From IMG/VR virus record IMGVR_UViG_2740892422_000005: 30,250 nt of DNA; one strand, written 5' to 3'. Shown here piece after piece: positions 7,910 through 17,670 of this stretch; the stretch's first letter is position 1, and every line of letters starts with the position of its first letter. The notes beneath the pieces are model-generated. The model made no database searches, was not told the origin of the DNA, and saw only the letters and a list, made by a program, of their open reading frames with translations. This DNA is from a virus. Lineage: Duplodnaviria > Heunggongvirae > Uroviricota > Caudoviricetes. The translations under genes were made by a program, and so were the position numbers.

Positions 7910-9004
7910 ATGAGCAGACCGGACTGGGGGGCGTTGCAGCAGGAGTATATTGCTGAATACACCCGCTCCGGTATATCTCCGGTGGCATGGTGTGAAGCAA
8001 GGGGACTGAATTACGCAACAGCCCGTCGTTACATCAAAAAAACTCCGAAAAATGCGCAGACAGAAATGCGCAAAACTGCGCAAAAAAGTGCGCAGAAAAA
8101 ATCTGCGCAGACTGCACAAAAGCGGAACGAAAAATCTCAGGAAAAAAAGCCAGTATTCGATGCGGGCCTGAATGAGGGCGACGCGGAGGAATTTTCGTTC
8201 TGTCCCGATGAATTCGGCATTTCTGACCAGCAGGCTAAGTTTGCGATGCTTGTTGCTCAGGGTAAAAAGCCGACAGAGGCGTACCGACTAGCCGGTTATG
8301 AGGGGCAAGGTGCGACAGCTAACAGCAACGCCAGTCGTATGCTTAGAAATGCCAGGGTTTTTCGCGCTATCAGCTACTTCCGCAATCAGTACCAGAAACG
8401 CTATACCGCAGACCTGGATTTACTAGTGAGTCAGTTGATGGCCATTGTCCTGGCCGACCCCAATCAACTTGCACAATTTCGCCGTGTTAACTGCCGTTAT
8501 TGCTGGGGCGAGAATCATCTCTACCAGTGGCGCGATATAGCAGAATTCGACAAGGCAGCGGCGCAGGCTTCCAGAGATGGCAAACCCGAACCGGAATATG
8601 GAGGCCTCGGCTTTGTTGATAACGCCATACCCAATCCGGACTGCCCGAAGTGCTGCGGTGAGGGAACGGGACAGCTTTATATGGCTGATACCACTCTGCT
8701 TGATGGGGATGCGCGGCAATTATATGCAGGGGCAAAATTCGGAAAATTCGGCGTTGAGATCCTGCTGGAGGATAAGGCTGCCGCCCGGCGTGAATTGTTG
8801 CGTTTGCTTTCTGCTGGCGGGGCTTTATGTGCAGATAAGCGGCTACAGGAACTGGAAATTGAACGGCGCAGAATGGAAAACCAGAAGCTGCGCAAAGAGA
8901 TCGAAACGGTGGAAGATAATGAACATCCCCAGCCCGTGGCGATCAAAATTAATGTGGTTGATGCCAGAGTAAGGAGTGATGAAGATGATCTCTCCGACGC
9001 TTAA
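7910..9004 (+). CDS. Putative terminase small subunit (N-terminal HTH, low-complexity AQK linker, C-terminal Cys4 zinc ribbon; 364 aa)
   Basis: Sits immediately upstream of and overlapping the large terminase. N-terminus GISPVAWCEARGLNYATARRYIKK is HTH-like. C-terminus has CRYC...CPKCC. A lysine-rich linker is encoded by the TGCGCA repeat array. Confidence 0.55.
   Translation: MSRPDWGALQQEYIAEYTRSGISPVAWCEARGLNYATARRYIKKTPKNAQTEMRKTAQKSAQKKSAQTAQKRNEKSQEKKPVFDAGLNEGDAEEFSFCPDEFGISDQQAKFAMLVAQGKKPTEAYRLAGYEGQGATANSNASRMLRNARVFRAISYFRNQYQKRYTADLDLLVSQLMAIVLADPNQLAQFRRVNCRYCWGENHLYQWRDIAEFDKAAAQASRDGKPEPEYGGLGFVDNAIPNPDCPKCCGEGTGQLYMADTTLLDGDARQLYAGAKFGKFGVEILLEDKAAARRELLRLLSAGGALCADKRLQELEIERRRMENQKLRKEIETVEDNEHPQPVAIKINVVDARVRSDEDDLSDA
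8053..8118 (+). repeat. Array of five perfect palindromic hexamers TGCGCA plus one TGCACA variant, spaced 10-15 bp, inside the putative small-terminase gene
   Basis: TGCGCA at 8053, 8067, 8077, 8089 and 8104; TGCACA at 8113. Extended consensus about AAAnTGCGCA(G/A)A. Candidate pac site by analogy to the P1 pac hexamer repeats in pacA. Confidence 0.4.
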
Positions 9005-10286
9005 TGTGCCTCAGGCGCGATTTCTTTCAATGCCCCATAAATTTAAAGCCTATATTGCTGGTTTTGGCTCGGGCAAAACATGGGTTGGGTGTGGCGGCAT
9101 ATGCAAGGGGATTTGGGAGCATCCAGGTATAAATCAGGGATATTTTGCGCCAACGTATCCCCAAATTCGCGATATTTTTTACCCTACAGTGGAAGAAGTT
9201 GCTGCTGACTGGGGATTGAACGTAAAAATTAATGAGGGAAATAAAGAGGTTCACTTTTATTACGGACGCCAGTATCGGGGAACCACTATCTGCAGATCGA
9301 TGGAGAAGCCACAAACGATCGTCGGTTTCAAAATTGGTAATGCGTTGGTGGATGAACTGGACATTTTGCCGAAGGAAAAAGCCAGAACGGCGTGGCGCAA
9401 GATAATTGCACGTATGCGTTATAAGATTGATGGACTTCGCAACGGTATTGACGTTACAACCACGCCGGAAGGATTCAAATTTGTCTACGAGCAGTTTGTT
9501 AAAGCCGTGCGTGAAAAAACAGAGCTGGCCTCACTGTATGGTCTGGTGCAGGCATCTACTTTCGATAATGAAAAGAACCTGCCAGCAGATTACATTCCTT
9601 CGCTTCTTGAATCATACCCTCCAGAGCTGATTAAAGCCTATCTTCGAGGACAGTTTACTAACCTGACAAGTGGTACTGTTTACCATCAGTTTGACCGGAA
9701 ACTGAATAATTGCGAAGAAGTGGAGCAGCCAGGGGAGCCGATTTATATTGGGATGGATTTTAACGTTGGAAAGATGGCGGGAATCGTCCATGTGCTGCGT
9801 TTGGGGCTTCCATGTGCGGTAACTGAAATCATCAATGCCTACGATACGCCGGATATGATCCGCATCATTAAAGAACGCTTCTGGCTGTATGATGGGAATG
9901 ATTACCGGAAAGTGAGGGAAATTTATATTTATCCAGATGCTTCCGGGGATTCCAGAAAATCAAGTAACGCAAGTACGACGGATATAGCCCAGCTTAAGCA
10001 GGCTGGTTTTAACGTTGTGGTGAACAGCTCGAACCCGCCAGTAAAAGATCGCGTTAACTCAATGAATGCAATGTTCTGCAATGCCAATGGTGAGCGTCGC
10101 TATAAAGTTAATGTGAAGCGTTGCCCGTTATATGCCGAATCTCTGGAGCAACAGGTCTGGGATGAGAAGGGGGAGCCTGATAAAAAATCTGGCAATGATC
10201 ACCCGAATGATGCCGGAGGTTATTTCATCGTTAAGCAATTCCCTATTGTCAAACCGACCGGAAGAGTCACATCACTTCGGATTTAA
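8985..10286 (+). CDS. Terminase large subunit (ATPase/nuclease)
   Basis: Walker A-like AYIAGFGSGKT near the N-terminus and acidic nuclease-type motifs toward the C-terminus. ATG 8985 lies 8 nt after RBS AAGGAG; the ORF-track start at 8976 is a GTG inside the RBS. Confidence 0.85.
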   Translation: MISPTLNVPQARFLSMPHKFKAYIAGFGSGKTWVGCGGICKGIWEHPGINQGYFAPTYPQIRDIFYPTVEEVAADWGLNVKINEGNKEVHFYYGRQYRGTTICRSMEKPQTIVGFKIGNALVDELDILPKEKARTAWRKIIARMRYKIDGLRNGIDVTTTPEGFKFVYEQFVKAVREKTELASLYGLVQASTFDNEKNLPADYIPSLLESYPPELIKAYLRGQFTNLTSGTVYHQFDRKLNNCEEVEQPGEPIYIGMDFNVGKMAGIVHVLRLGLPCAVTEIINAYDTPDMIRIIKERFWLYDGNDYRKVREIYIYPDASGDSRKSSNASTTDIAQLKQAGFNVVVNSSNPPVKDRVNSMNAMFCNANGERRYKVNVKRCPLYAESLEQQVWDEKGEPDKKSGNDHPNDAGGYFIVKQFPIVKPTGRVTSLRI

Positions 10287-10288
10287 TT

Positions 10289-11695
10289 ATGGCTGATATA
10301 TCAACACCCAACCTCGACTATAACGATATGCTGGAGGCGTGGGATATTAACGACGCACTGATGGGCGGTACGCTTGAAATGCGCAGGCAGGGGGAAAATT
10401 ATCTCCCAAAATGGCCTAACGAAGATGAAGACGCTTATAAAAAACGCCTGTCTGTGGCTACGCTACTTCCTGTGTATGAAGAAAGCATCAAGCAAAATAT
10501 TGGGCGCATATTTGCAGAGCCGACAGTATTGAGTGAGGAAACGCCGGCAAAAATCAGGGAATATGCAGAAAATATCGACATGGAGGGGAGCCGACTGGAT
10601 GTGTGGGCGCAGCAATTTTTCAGCCTCGCATTTCAGTATGGTGTGGCACATGCGCTGGTGGACTATCCACGAACGGATATGAAAGAGATTCGGACAAAAG
10701 CCGATGAAAACGCGACCGGTGGTCGTCCGTACGTTACGATGCTGAATCCACGCCAGGTTATTGGATGGAAATCGAAAGTTGAAAAAGGGAAAGTTGTTCT
10801 CACTGATTTGCGTATAAAAGAGGTCATCATTATTGATGGTGATGATTTCGGGCAGAAGAAGGTGGAGCAGATCCGCCATATTATGCCCCGTCGAGTTGAA
10901 ATTTATCGACGTAGCGAAGGCACTAATGGCGAATCTGTCTGGACGCTTCATGAGTCATGGAATACCAGCCGTGATGATATTCCTCTGGTAACACTGTACA
11001 CGAAGAAAACAGGATTTATGCGTGGTACACCGCCATTGCTTAATCTTGGCTTGCTGAATATCAAGCACTGGCAAAGCCAGAGCGAGCAGGACAATATTCT
11101 TCATGTTGCCCGCGTTCCATTACTGGTGGCCTACGGGCTGGACAGGAATGAAGAACTGACGGTTGGTGCATCCACCGCTACGATTTTTGAGGACAGAACA
11201 AAAAATGGCCTCGAATATGTTGAACATAGTGGCGCAGCGATAGAATCTGGCGAAACATCACTTGAGAAGCTGGAAAATCAGATGCGTCATGCCGGCGCTA
11301 AACTTCTGCGTGCTGAAAATACATCCACCAAATCTGTTGATCAGACTAATGAAGAGCGAATGCAGGAAAACTCGCCGCTTTATACAATGGCGAACTCCCT
11401 CGAAGATGCCCTCGATAATATTCTCCAGATAATGGCGGAATGGATCGGAGAGAGTTGCGGTGGCAATGTGGATGTGCGCACTGAACTGGATGTATCTGCC
11501 CAGGTGTTTGACTCATCCTCCGCGCTGGCTGTTCAGTCATTGCGTCAGGGCGGTGATATACGTCAGATTGATGCGGTTCGGGTGTTGCAGGCGTTGAAAT
11601 TTATCGATCAGGATTCCCGTCCAGAGGAAGTGATCGATGAATTAAAAAATCAGAGTGTAATGCTGATGGAAATCAATGATGCAAACCGTGAATGA
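10289..11695 (+). CDS. Portal protein (468 aa)
   Basis: Size and position directly after the large terminase, tightly coupled to neighbours. Acidic C-terminal region. Confidence 0.7.
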   Translation: MADISTPNLDYNDMLEAWDINDALMGGTLEMRRQGENYLPKWPNEDEDAYKKRLSVATLLPVYEESIKQNIGRIFAEPTVLSEETPAKIREYAENIDMEGSRLDVWAQQFFSLAFQYGVAHALVDYPRTDMKEIRTKADENATGGRPYVTMLNPRQVIGWKSKVEKGKVVLTDLRIKEVIIIDGDDFGQKKVEQIRHIMPRRVEIYRRSEGTNGESVWTLHESWNTSRDDIPLVTLYTKKTGFMRGTPPLLNLGLLNIKHWQSQSEQDNILHVARVPLLVAYGLDRNEELTVGASTATIFEDRTKNGLEYVEHSGAAIESGETSLEKLENQMRHAGAKLLRAENTSTKSVDQTNEERMQENSPLYTMANSLEDALDNILQIMAEWIGESCGGNVDVRTELDVSAQVFDSSSALAVQSLRQGGDIRQIDAVRVLQALKFIDQDSRPEEVIDELKNQSVMLMEINDANRE

Positions 11696-12791
11696 ACGGC
11701 TGCGTGATGAATCAATTGCTCATGCAGTCTGGATATCCCGCTATAGCACTGGCGTGGCTGCCAGAATGGTGAAAATACTGAATGACAGCGATGCGGAACT
11801 TACTGCTCGCCTGCTGATAGCACTGGACAGCCTCGATCCAGGTAGTTTTACCGTTAAGCGCCTGGAGTCACTTCTGGCGAGCGTCAGAGAGGTTAACCGC
11901 ACTGCTATTAACAGCATGTTTACCAGTCTCTCCGGAGAGCTGAACGAGCTGGCAATTTATGAGGCTGGTTATCAGTTAAGTCTGTTTGATTCTATGCTAC
12001 CTGATTTTGTTGCTGATGTTCACCCTCTGGTTGGTATCTCTCCTGATGCACTTTATGCCGCTGCAATGGCGCGACCATTCCAGGGACGACTGCTCAGTGA
12101 GTGGGCCTCAGATCTTGAAGCGGATCGGCTCAGACGCATAACAAATACAGTGCGTCAGGGTTTTTTGCTGGGGGATACCAATGAGCAGATCGCAAGAAAA
12201 ATTCGGGGACATGTCAGTAAGGGATTTCAGGATGGCGCATTGCAGATGAGCCGGGCTAATGCGGCCAGCATTGCAAAAACAGCGGTTGGACATCTTGCTG
12301 CTACTGCCCGTGAGAGTTTTGCCAGCGCGAATAATGATTTGATTAAGGGTAAGCAATGGTTATCAACGCTTGATAATCGTACTACGCCACAATGTCGAAT
12401 CAGGGATCGCCTCAAATATACGCTGAATAATAAACCTGTAGGTCACAGCGTGCCTTATTTGCAGGGGCCGGGAAAAATTCATTTCTGCTGCCGCTCAACG
12501 GAAACGTTCATTCTGAAATCAGCGAAGGAACTGGGTATTGATGTTCGCGATATTTCCCCGGCTGAGCGGGCCAGCATGGATGGCGTGGTGGCCGGAGATA
12601 CAACCTACAGGGAATGGTTTTTGCGTCAGCCTTACACCAGACAAAAACAGATTGTGGGGGAAACCCGAGCAAAGCTGATTCGGGATGGTGGTATGTCGCC
12701 AGATGAATTTTACACCGATAAAGGCGAATGGCTGACGCTGAAGCAGCTCCGTGAGCGTGATGCACAGGTATTCAGAAAAGCAGGGATTTAA
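11676..12791 (+). CDS. Head morphogenesis protein (Mu F / SPP1 gp7-like minor head protein)
   Basis: Follows the portal with an overlapping start. Conserved central region (GHLAATARESF...LDNRTTPQCRIRD) as in Mu F-like proteins. Confidence 0.65.
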   Translation: MMQTVNERLRDESIAHAVWISRYSTGVAARMVKILNDSDAELTARLLIALDSLDPGSFTVKRLESLLASVREVNRTAINSMFTSLSGELNELAIYEAGYQLSLFDSMLPDFVADVHPLVGISPDALYAAAMARPFQGRLLSEWASDLEADRLRRITNTVRQGFLLGDTNEQIARKIRGHVSKGFQDGALQMSRANAASIAKTAVGHLAATARESFASANNDLIKGKQWLSTLDNRTTPQCRIRDRLKYTLNNKPVGHSVPYLQGPGKIHFCCRSTETFILKSAKELGIDVRDISPAERASMDGVVAGDTTYREWFLRQPYTRQKQIVGETRAKLIRDGGMSPDEFYTDKGEWLTLKQLRERDAQVFRKAGI

Positions 12792-12810
12792 ATAAATCAT
12801 TTATTACAAC

Positions 12811-12836
12811 AGGCTACCTTCGGGTGGCCTTTTTTA
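12811..12836 (+). terminator. Intrinsic terminator-like hairpin (AGGCTACC-TTCG-GGTGGCCT + T6)
   Basis: 8-bp stem with one G-U pair, UUCG tetraloop and a T-run, right after the head morphogenesis stop. Confidence 0.5.
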
Positions 12837-12895
12837 TTGCTGCGATCCGGATGGTGAGCAGCGTAACTGTCGGAAGACTTAAACCAGGTACTAAT

Positions 12896-13660
12896 ATGAA
12901 ACTGAAAACGGTCGAGATTAACGGAAAACAATACGCAGAAATTGATACTGCTGGCCTGCCAGTTTATGTGCACGACGATGGTAAAGAAATTGGCTTCGAT
13001 GCACCGCTGGCGACAAAAAAAATTACAGAGCTTAATGGCGAGGCAAAAAATCATCGCCTGGCTAAAGAAGCTGCAGAGGAAAAACTGGCTAAGTTTGCCG
13101 CTATCGAAGACCCGAAGAAGGCGATCGAGGCACTGGAAATGCTGTCAAAAATCGACCAGAAAAAGCTGATCGATGCGGGACAGGTTGACCAGGTTAAGGC
13201 AGAAATTACGAAAAATTTTCAGCAGCAATTAGATGAAGAAAAGCAACGCTCTCAGATGCTGGAGAAGCAGCTTTACGATTCTATGATTGGCGGTAGTTTT
13301 GCGGGTTCAAAATATATTGCCGATAAAATTGCGATCCCGGCAGATTTATTACAAGCCCGCTTCGGGCAGGCATTCAAAGTGGAAGAAGGGAGGATCGTTG
13401 CTTATGACGCTTCCGGCAACAAAATTTATTCCCGCGCGAAGCCTGGCGAACTGGCGCAGTTTGATGAGGCGCTGGAGTTCCTTGTCGAAAATTACCCTCA
13501 GAAAGACTACATCCTGAAAGCCAGTGGCAACAATGGCGGCGGCTCCCGTCCGACACAGCATGATATTGGTCAGAAAACGATGAAACGCTCTGCTTTTGAT
13601 GCACTGGATGTTGCAGGTAAGCAAAACGCATTGAAAGACGGTATCACAATCGTTGATTAA
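12896..13660 (+). CDS. Putative scaffolding protein (254 aa from ATG 12896)
   Basis: Helical, charged, coiled-coil-like protein between the morphogenesis and capsid genes. The ORF-track start at 12824 would overlap the terminator hairpin, so the ATG at 12896 is preferred. Confidence 0.5.
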   Translation: MKLKTVEINGKQYAEIDTAGLPVYVHDDGKEIGFDAPLATKKITELNGEAKNHRLAKEAAEEKLAKFAAIEDPKKAIEALEMLSKIDQKKLIDAGQVDQVKAEITKNFQQQLDEEKQRSQMLEKQLYDSMIGGSFAGSKYIADKIAIPADLLQARFGQAFKVEEGRIVAYDASGNKIYSRAKPGELAQFDEALEFLVENYPQKDYILKASGNNGGGSRPTQHDIGQKTMKRSAFDALDVAGKQNALKDGITIVD

Positions 13661-13758
13661 CACATTTGTCAGCTTCCGGATGGGAGCTGGTGTCAGGGCT
13701 GGATAGCTCATTACTCCATCTATTCACAATTACGCAAATTTTTAAGGAATATTTAATT

Positions 13759-14898
13759 ATGGCTGGAAATACCCTGACCGGGTTGATCCCGACTATTTAT
13801 ACCGCCCTGGATGTTGTATCCCGTGAGCAGGTAGGTTTTATCCCTGCGGTAGCAAAAAACGCAAAAGCTGACGCCGCAGCAAAAGATCAGACGGTAACCG
13901 CGCCAGTTGCGCCTGAGGCGAAAACCGAAGATATCGTACCGGGGCCGTCAGCTCCGAATACCGGTGATCAAAATATTGGCACTGTTGATGTAAAAATTAC
14001 TAAATCCAAAATGGCACCGGTTAAATGGAATGGTGAAGAACAACTGGCTCTTGGCCCTTCAGGGACTTACAACACCATTCTGGCTGATCAGTTCAAGCAG
14101 GCTTTTCGCGCCCTTGCAAACGAGGTTGAGGCTGATCTTGGTGCGTTGTATTTCGGTGCTTCCCGCGCCGTGGGAACCGCAGGGACAACGCCGTTTGGTG
14201 TTAAAGATGATCTTTCTGATGCTGCTCTGGCTCGTCAGGTTCTGGAGGATAACGGCGCACCGACAACCGATCTGCAGATGGTGCTTGGCTCCACTGCCAT
14301 TGCTAATTTGCGCGGAAAACAGTCTGTATTGTTTAAAGTGAATGAATCCGGCACTGAACAGCTACTGCGTGAGGGCGTGTTGGGGCGTCTGGAGGGATTC
14401 AATATTCACAGTTCGGCAGGTGTGAAACGAGCGCCAAAGGTTGCTGCAACTGGTTATCTCGTGAATGGAGAGAAAAAAGAAGGCGATGTTCTTATTTCCA
14501 TTGATACTGGTTCGGGGAGTATTTCTGCAGGTCAGATTGTTACGTTCGCTGGTGATCCGAATCAGTATGTTGTGGCAGCAGCGACCAGCAATCTGATTAC
14601 TCTTGCAGCGCCCGGACTGCGTCAGGATCTGGCCGATGATACTGCCATCACAGTTGTTGGGGCCTTTACTGCAAATATGGCGTTTGATCGCAACGCGTTT
14701 CTGCTGGCATCCCGTACTCCGGCAATGCCGGAAGGTGGCGATAATGCTGATGATGTAATGAATGTTACGGACCCGATTTCAGGGATTACGTTCCAGATTG
14801 CACTGTATCGTCAGTATCGCCAGGTGCGCTATGAAGTTGGACTGGCATGGGGTGTTTCATCAGTGAAGCCGGCACATGGTTGTCTGATTCTTGGTTAA
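13759..14898 (+). CDS. Major capsid protein (379 aa from ATG 13759)
   Basis: ATG 13759 follows RBS AAGGAA. Largest head ORF, followed by a strong terminator. The track's upstream extension from 13666 lacks an RBS. Confidence 0.65.
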   Translation: MAGNTLTGLIPTIYTALDVVSREQVGFIPAVAKNAKADAAAKDQTVTAPVAPEAKTEDIVPGPSAPNTGDQNIGTVDVKITKSKMAPVKWNGEEQLALGPSGTYNTILADQFKQAFRALANEVEADLGALYFGASRAVGTAGTTPFGVKDDLSDAALARQVLEDNGAPTTDLQMVLGSTAIANLRGKQSVLFKVNESGTEQLLREGVLGRLEGFNIHSSAGVKRAPKVAATGYLVNGEKKEGDVLISIDTGSGSISAGQIVTFAGDPNQYVVAAATSNLITLAAPGLRQDLADDTAITVVGAFTANMAFDRNAFLLASRTPAMPEGGDNADDVMNVTDPISGITFQIALYRQYRQVRYEVGLAWGVSSVKPAHGCLILG

Positions 14899-14908
14899 AC
14901 ATTCAAAC

Positions 14909-14928
14909 GGGGCTTCGGCCCCATTTTT
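14909..14928 (+). terminator. Intrinsic terminator (GGGGC-TTCG-GCCCC + ATTTTT)
   Basis: GC stem with UUCG loop and a T-run, 11 nt after the capsid stop. Confidence 0.55.
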
Positions 14929-14940
14929 AATGGGGGGCAT

Positions 14941-15117
14941 ATGGCCGGATTAACTAAAGAGCAAAGAGCACAGCGTGAAGCCGCACAAAAAACGCAAATT
15001 GAGTTAGTGGTTATGGTGACCGATTATCAGATGTTTCCCGGCGCACCAACTATCGCTAATGTTCATCCTGATGAAGTTGACAACTGGAAGGCTATGGGCT
15101 GGAAAACTCAGGAGTAA
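14941..15117 (+). CDS. Small conserved-position ORF (58 aa), not in the supplied ORF track
   Basis: ATG 14941 to TAA 15115-15117, checked codon by codon with no internal stop. Preceded by a G-rich RBS-like run. Fills the gap between capsid and head-tail genes. Translation MAGLTKEQRAQREAAQKTQIELVVMVTDYQMFPGAPTIANVHPDEVDNWKAMGWKTQE. Confidence 0.35.
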   Translation: MAGLTKEQRAQREAAQKTQIELVVMVTDYQMFPGAPTIANVHPDEVDNWKAMGWKTQE

Positions 15118-15120
15118 CAC

Positions 15121-15516
15121 ATGATCACTTACGTGACCTGTGATGACGTTGATAATGCGTTTGGGAACGCCTGGACGAGTGAGAACGCTAAAAATAAAGC
15201 TGTTTTAATGGCTAATGCCTGGCTTAATGGCTTCAACCTGAAAATTAACCCATCCCGTATTCCGGAAGAGGTAAAACTTGCGGGAGCATATGCAGCCAGA
15301 ATTGCCTCATTCGGTAAGTTGTTTCAGCAGAAAAATGATTCTGGCGTTGTTATCAGTAAAGCCGTGTCGGCTGACGGGGTCAGTGTATCGAAATCATTTT
15401 CTGAGTTGCCAGCAAACAGCACTGCATTGCTTGAACCCGATTTACAGCTTGCGATAGCACTGCTGAAACCGTACGGACTTAGTCGCTCACAAGTCAGGGT
15501 TGTGAGGGGGGGATAA
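15121..15516 (+). CDS. Head-tail connector / DNA-packaging protein (gp6-like)
   Basis: Position and size. N-terminus MITYVTCDDVDNAFG resembles head-tail connector N-termini. Stop overlaps the next start (TAATG). Confidence 0.45.
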   Translation: MITYVTCDDVDNAFGNAWTSENAKNKAVLMANAWLNGFNLKINPSRIPEEVKLAGAYAARIASFGKLFQQKNDSGVVISKAVSADGVSVSKSFSELPANSTALLEPDLQLAIALLKPYGLSRSQVRVVRGG

Positions 15517-15899
15517 TGGGGCTTCGTGAAGAGATTCAGTCAGAGGTTGCCGCTGCTTTTGATGAGGATTTAGCGGACGCCGTGAGTGATTTTTCTGGTT
15601 CTTACGTTACGCACCGGCACTGGGATCCTGTGACGGAAACTGGCGGCGAATCCACCGCAATCTATACCGGGCGAGGCGTGTTGACACGTTATAAGCTGGG
15701 CAGAATTGATGGGATTAATATTTTGCATGGTGACCTTAAATTAACCGCTCTGGTATGCGAGGTTACGGATAAACCAGCTGTCGACCATATTATTGAGATT
15801 TATGATCCTGTATCAAGGCAGTTACAACGATACGAGGTAATTACAGCAAGTGTAGATCCTTCCGCATCAGTTTACTCTATCCAGTTAAGGAGAGCGTAA
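15516..15899 (+). CDS. Head-tail joining / head closure protein
   Basis: Position in the conserved head-tail module, translationally coupled on both sides. Confidence 0.4.
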   Translation: MGLREEIQSEVAAAFDEDLADAVSDFSGSYVTHRHWDPVTETGGESTAIYTGRGVLTRYKLGRIDGINILHGDLKLTALVCEVTDKPAVDHIIEIYDPVSRQLQRYEVITASVDPSASVYSIQLRRA

Positions 15900-16280
15900 A
15901 TGGCAAAGGCATGGGATATAGAACCGTCAATATTTGCCGGGATGATTGAGGAAGATGTAGGGCTGAAGATTCGCTACATCGCTATTCAGATTCTTACTGC
16001 TATTGATATTGCTGCTCCGGTTGATACCGGACGTTTCAGAAATAACAACCTGGTGTCGTTACAGCATCCCGATTTTGGTATATCTGATAACGTGGATCCG
16101 AACGGTACGATTGCTGTTCAGCGTGGGATCGGGGTTATTTCGAAAGCTGCAAATTACGGGGTTATTTATATCCAGAATAACCTTCCTTATGCAGAGGCTC
16201 TTGAAAACGGTCATTCACAACAAGCGCCAACTGGCGTGTATGCCAACGCTTTTCATGGTGTTTTACAGGCTTACAAATGA
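15900..16280 (+). CDS. Tail component, HK97 gp10-like neck protein
   Basis: Position and size (126 aa); hydrophobic, Ile-rich N-terminal region. Confidence 0.45.
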   Translation: MAKAWDIEPSIFAGMIEEDVGLKIRYIAIQILTAIDIAAPVDTGRFRNNNLVSLQHPDFGISDNVDPNGTIAVQRGIGVISKAANYGVIYIQNNLPYAEALENGHSQQAPTGVYANAFHGVLQAYK

Positions 16281-16669
16281 CGTTTACTGAAATCAGAAAT
16301 ACGGTTATTTCCAGAATGACGGCACAGACGATTATTGATGGAAAAGACGTATTGTATCCGAACGGGCCAACGTTCGATCCTTCCGGTAAGTTAATCTGGG
16401 CGCGGTTAAGTAATATTCCCGGGCAGGCTGGAGTTAATGAAATTGGCGCGGGGCCGGTTGTTTATCGCACGGGGATAATCATTATTCAGTTATTTGTCCC
16501 CGCAGGTTCTGGTTCAAAACTCATTACTGAGACAGCCGATAAATTGCGGGAACTGTTTGAGTTTCAGGATGACGATCGTCTCAGTTACCAGGCTGTTTCC
16601 TCAATAGCCGTTGGCGAAAAGAATGGCTGGTTCCAGCTTAATCTTCAAATTCCATATCGCGCGCTCTAG
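16277..16669 (+). CDS. Tail terminator / tail completion protein
   Basis: Position immediately upstream of the major tail protein, size 130 aa, start overlaps upstream stop (ATGA). Confidence 0.45.
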   Translation: MTFTEIRNTVISRMTAQTIIDGKDVLYPNGPTFDPSGKLIWARLSNIPGQAGVNEIGAGPVVYRTGIIIIQLFVPAGSGSKLITETADKLRELFEFQDDDRLSYQAVSSIAVGEKNGWFQLNLQIPYRAL

Positions 16670-16695
16670 CGCAATTAATGACATAGGAGGCTCCT

Positions 16696-17658
16696 GTGAG
16701 TTCAGGTGCAAAGGTTATCTCGGCATTTATCCGGGAGACAGTTGCAGGCACCACGCCAGCAAGTGGTGACTGGAGTTTATTAAAACGCACAAGCTGGGGA
16801 GTAAAACCCACCCAGAATAAAGGCGAAAATAATGAGATCGGCGGCTCCCGGATGGCTCAGGGGGCGACGTCTGGCACTGTGGATGTCGGCGGTGATGTCG
16901 GTACCAAATTTCGCTGGGGTCAACATGATGATTTTCTTGCATCCTGTTTCGGCGCGGAATGGTCAGGCGATTCTCTGACAATGGGGAATGAGCGAATAAC
17001 ATTTTCTCTGGCGACCTATGCGTCCGATGTCGGAATTGCCTCTGTCGTCAGAGGAGCGCAGGTTGGCTCATGGAAAATGCAGATCCCTAACGACGGCGAT
17101 ATTACAGCGACCGTAACCTTTGCCGGGCTGGACTGGGAATCAAAGGCCGATGATACGAATTTTATCAAAGGCGAACCTGTGGATAGTGCAGGAAAGCTAC
17201 GCTATTCGTTTAAGGAGGTTTCAGCGGTAAGCCTGAATGGTGTTGCCGGAGGTAACGGTTTTTGTATCGACAGTTTTGATATTCAGTTCGATAACAAACT
17301 CCAGACACAGCGTTGTATCGGGACTGGCTCGCCTTATGCAGGAGCAAATATTCCGACTACTTTTACACCGTCCGGTACGGTGACGCTTTCGTGGTCTAAA
17401 TCCGCGTGGGAAATCTGGAGTAAAACACTGACTGGAGAAACAGTTCCGTTCAGCTTCACGCTTTCGAATGGAGAGGGGGCATACACTTTCAGTTTCCCGA
17501 AGGTTCAGGTGTCAGGTGAATGGCCTGATGGGGGGAATACCGACATTATCCAGGTTCAATTGAGCATTACCGCAGCAGATGAAGCACCTACGATAACCAG
17601 AAAAAAAAACTCCCCGGCTGCCGTGATCGCAAAAGCCAGTGCTGAGGCGATTAGTTGA
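16696..17658 (+). CDS. Major tail (tube) protein, GTG start
   Basis: GTG 16696 lies 5 nt after a perfect AGGAGG. 320-aa Gly/Thr/Ser-rich beta-type protein, followed by a strong hairpin and the tail chaperone genes. Confidence 0.7.
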   Translation: MSSGAKVISAFIRETVAGTTPASGDWSLLKRTSWGVKPTQNKGENNEIGGSRMAQGATSGTVDVGGDVGTKFRWGQHDDFLASCFGAEWSGDSLTMGNERITFSLATYASDVGIASVVRGAQVGSWKMQIPNDGDITATVTFAGLDWESKADDTNFIKGEPVDSAGKLRYSFKEVSAVSLNGVAGGNGFCIDSFDIQFDNKLQTQRCIGTGSPYAGANIPTTFTPSGTVTLSWSKSAWEIWSKTLTGETVPFSFTLSNGEGAYTFSFPKVQVSGEWPDGGNTDIIQVQLSITAADEAPTITRKKNSPAAVIAKASAEAIS

Positions 17659-17670
17659 TTTTCCGTTATT

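Noticed and set aside
10463-10951. 162-aa minus-strand ORF
   Set aside because: Lies wholly inside the portal gene on the opposite strand. The whole late region is transcribed on the + strand.
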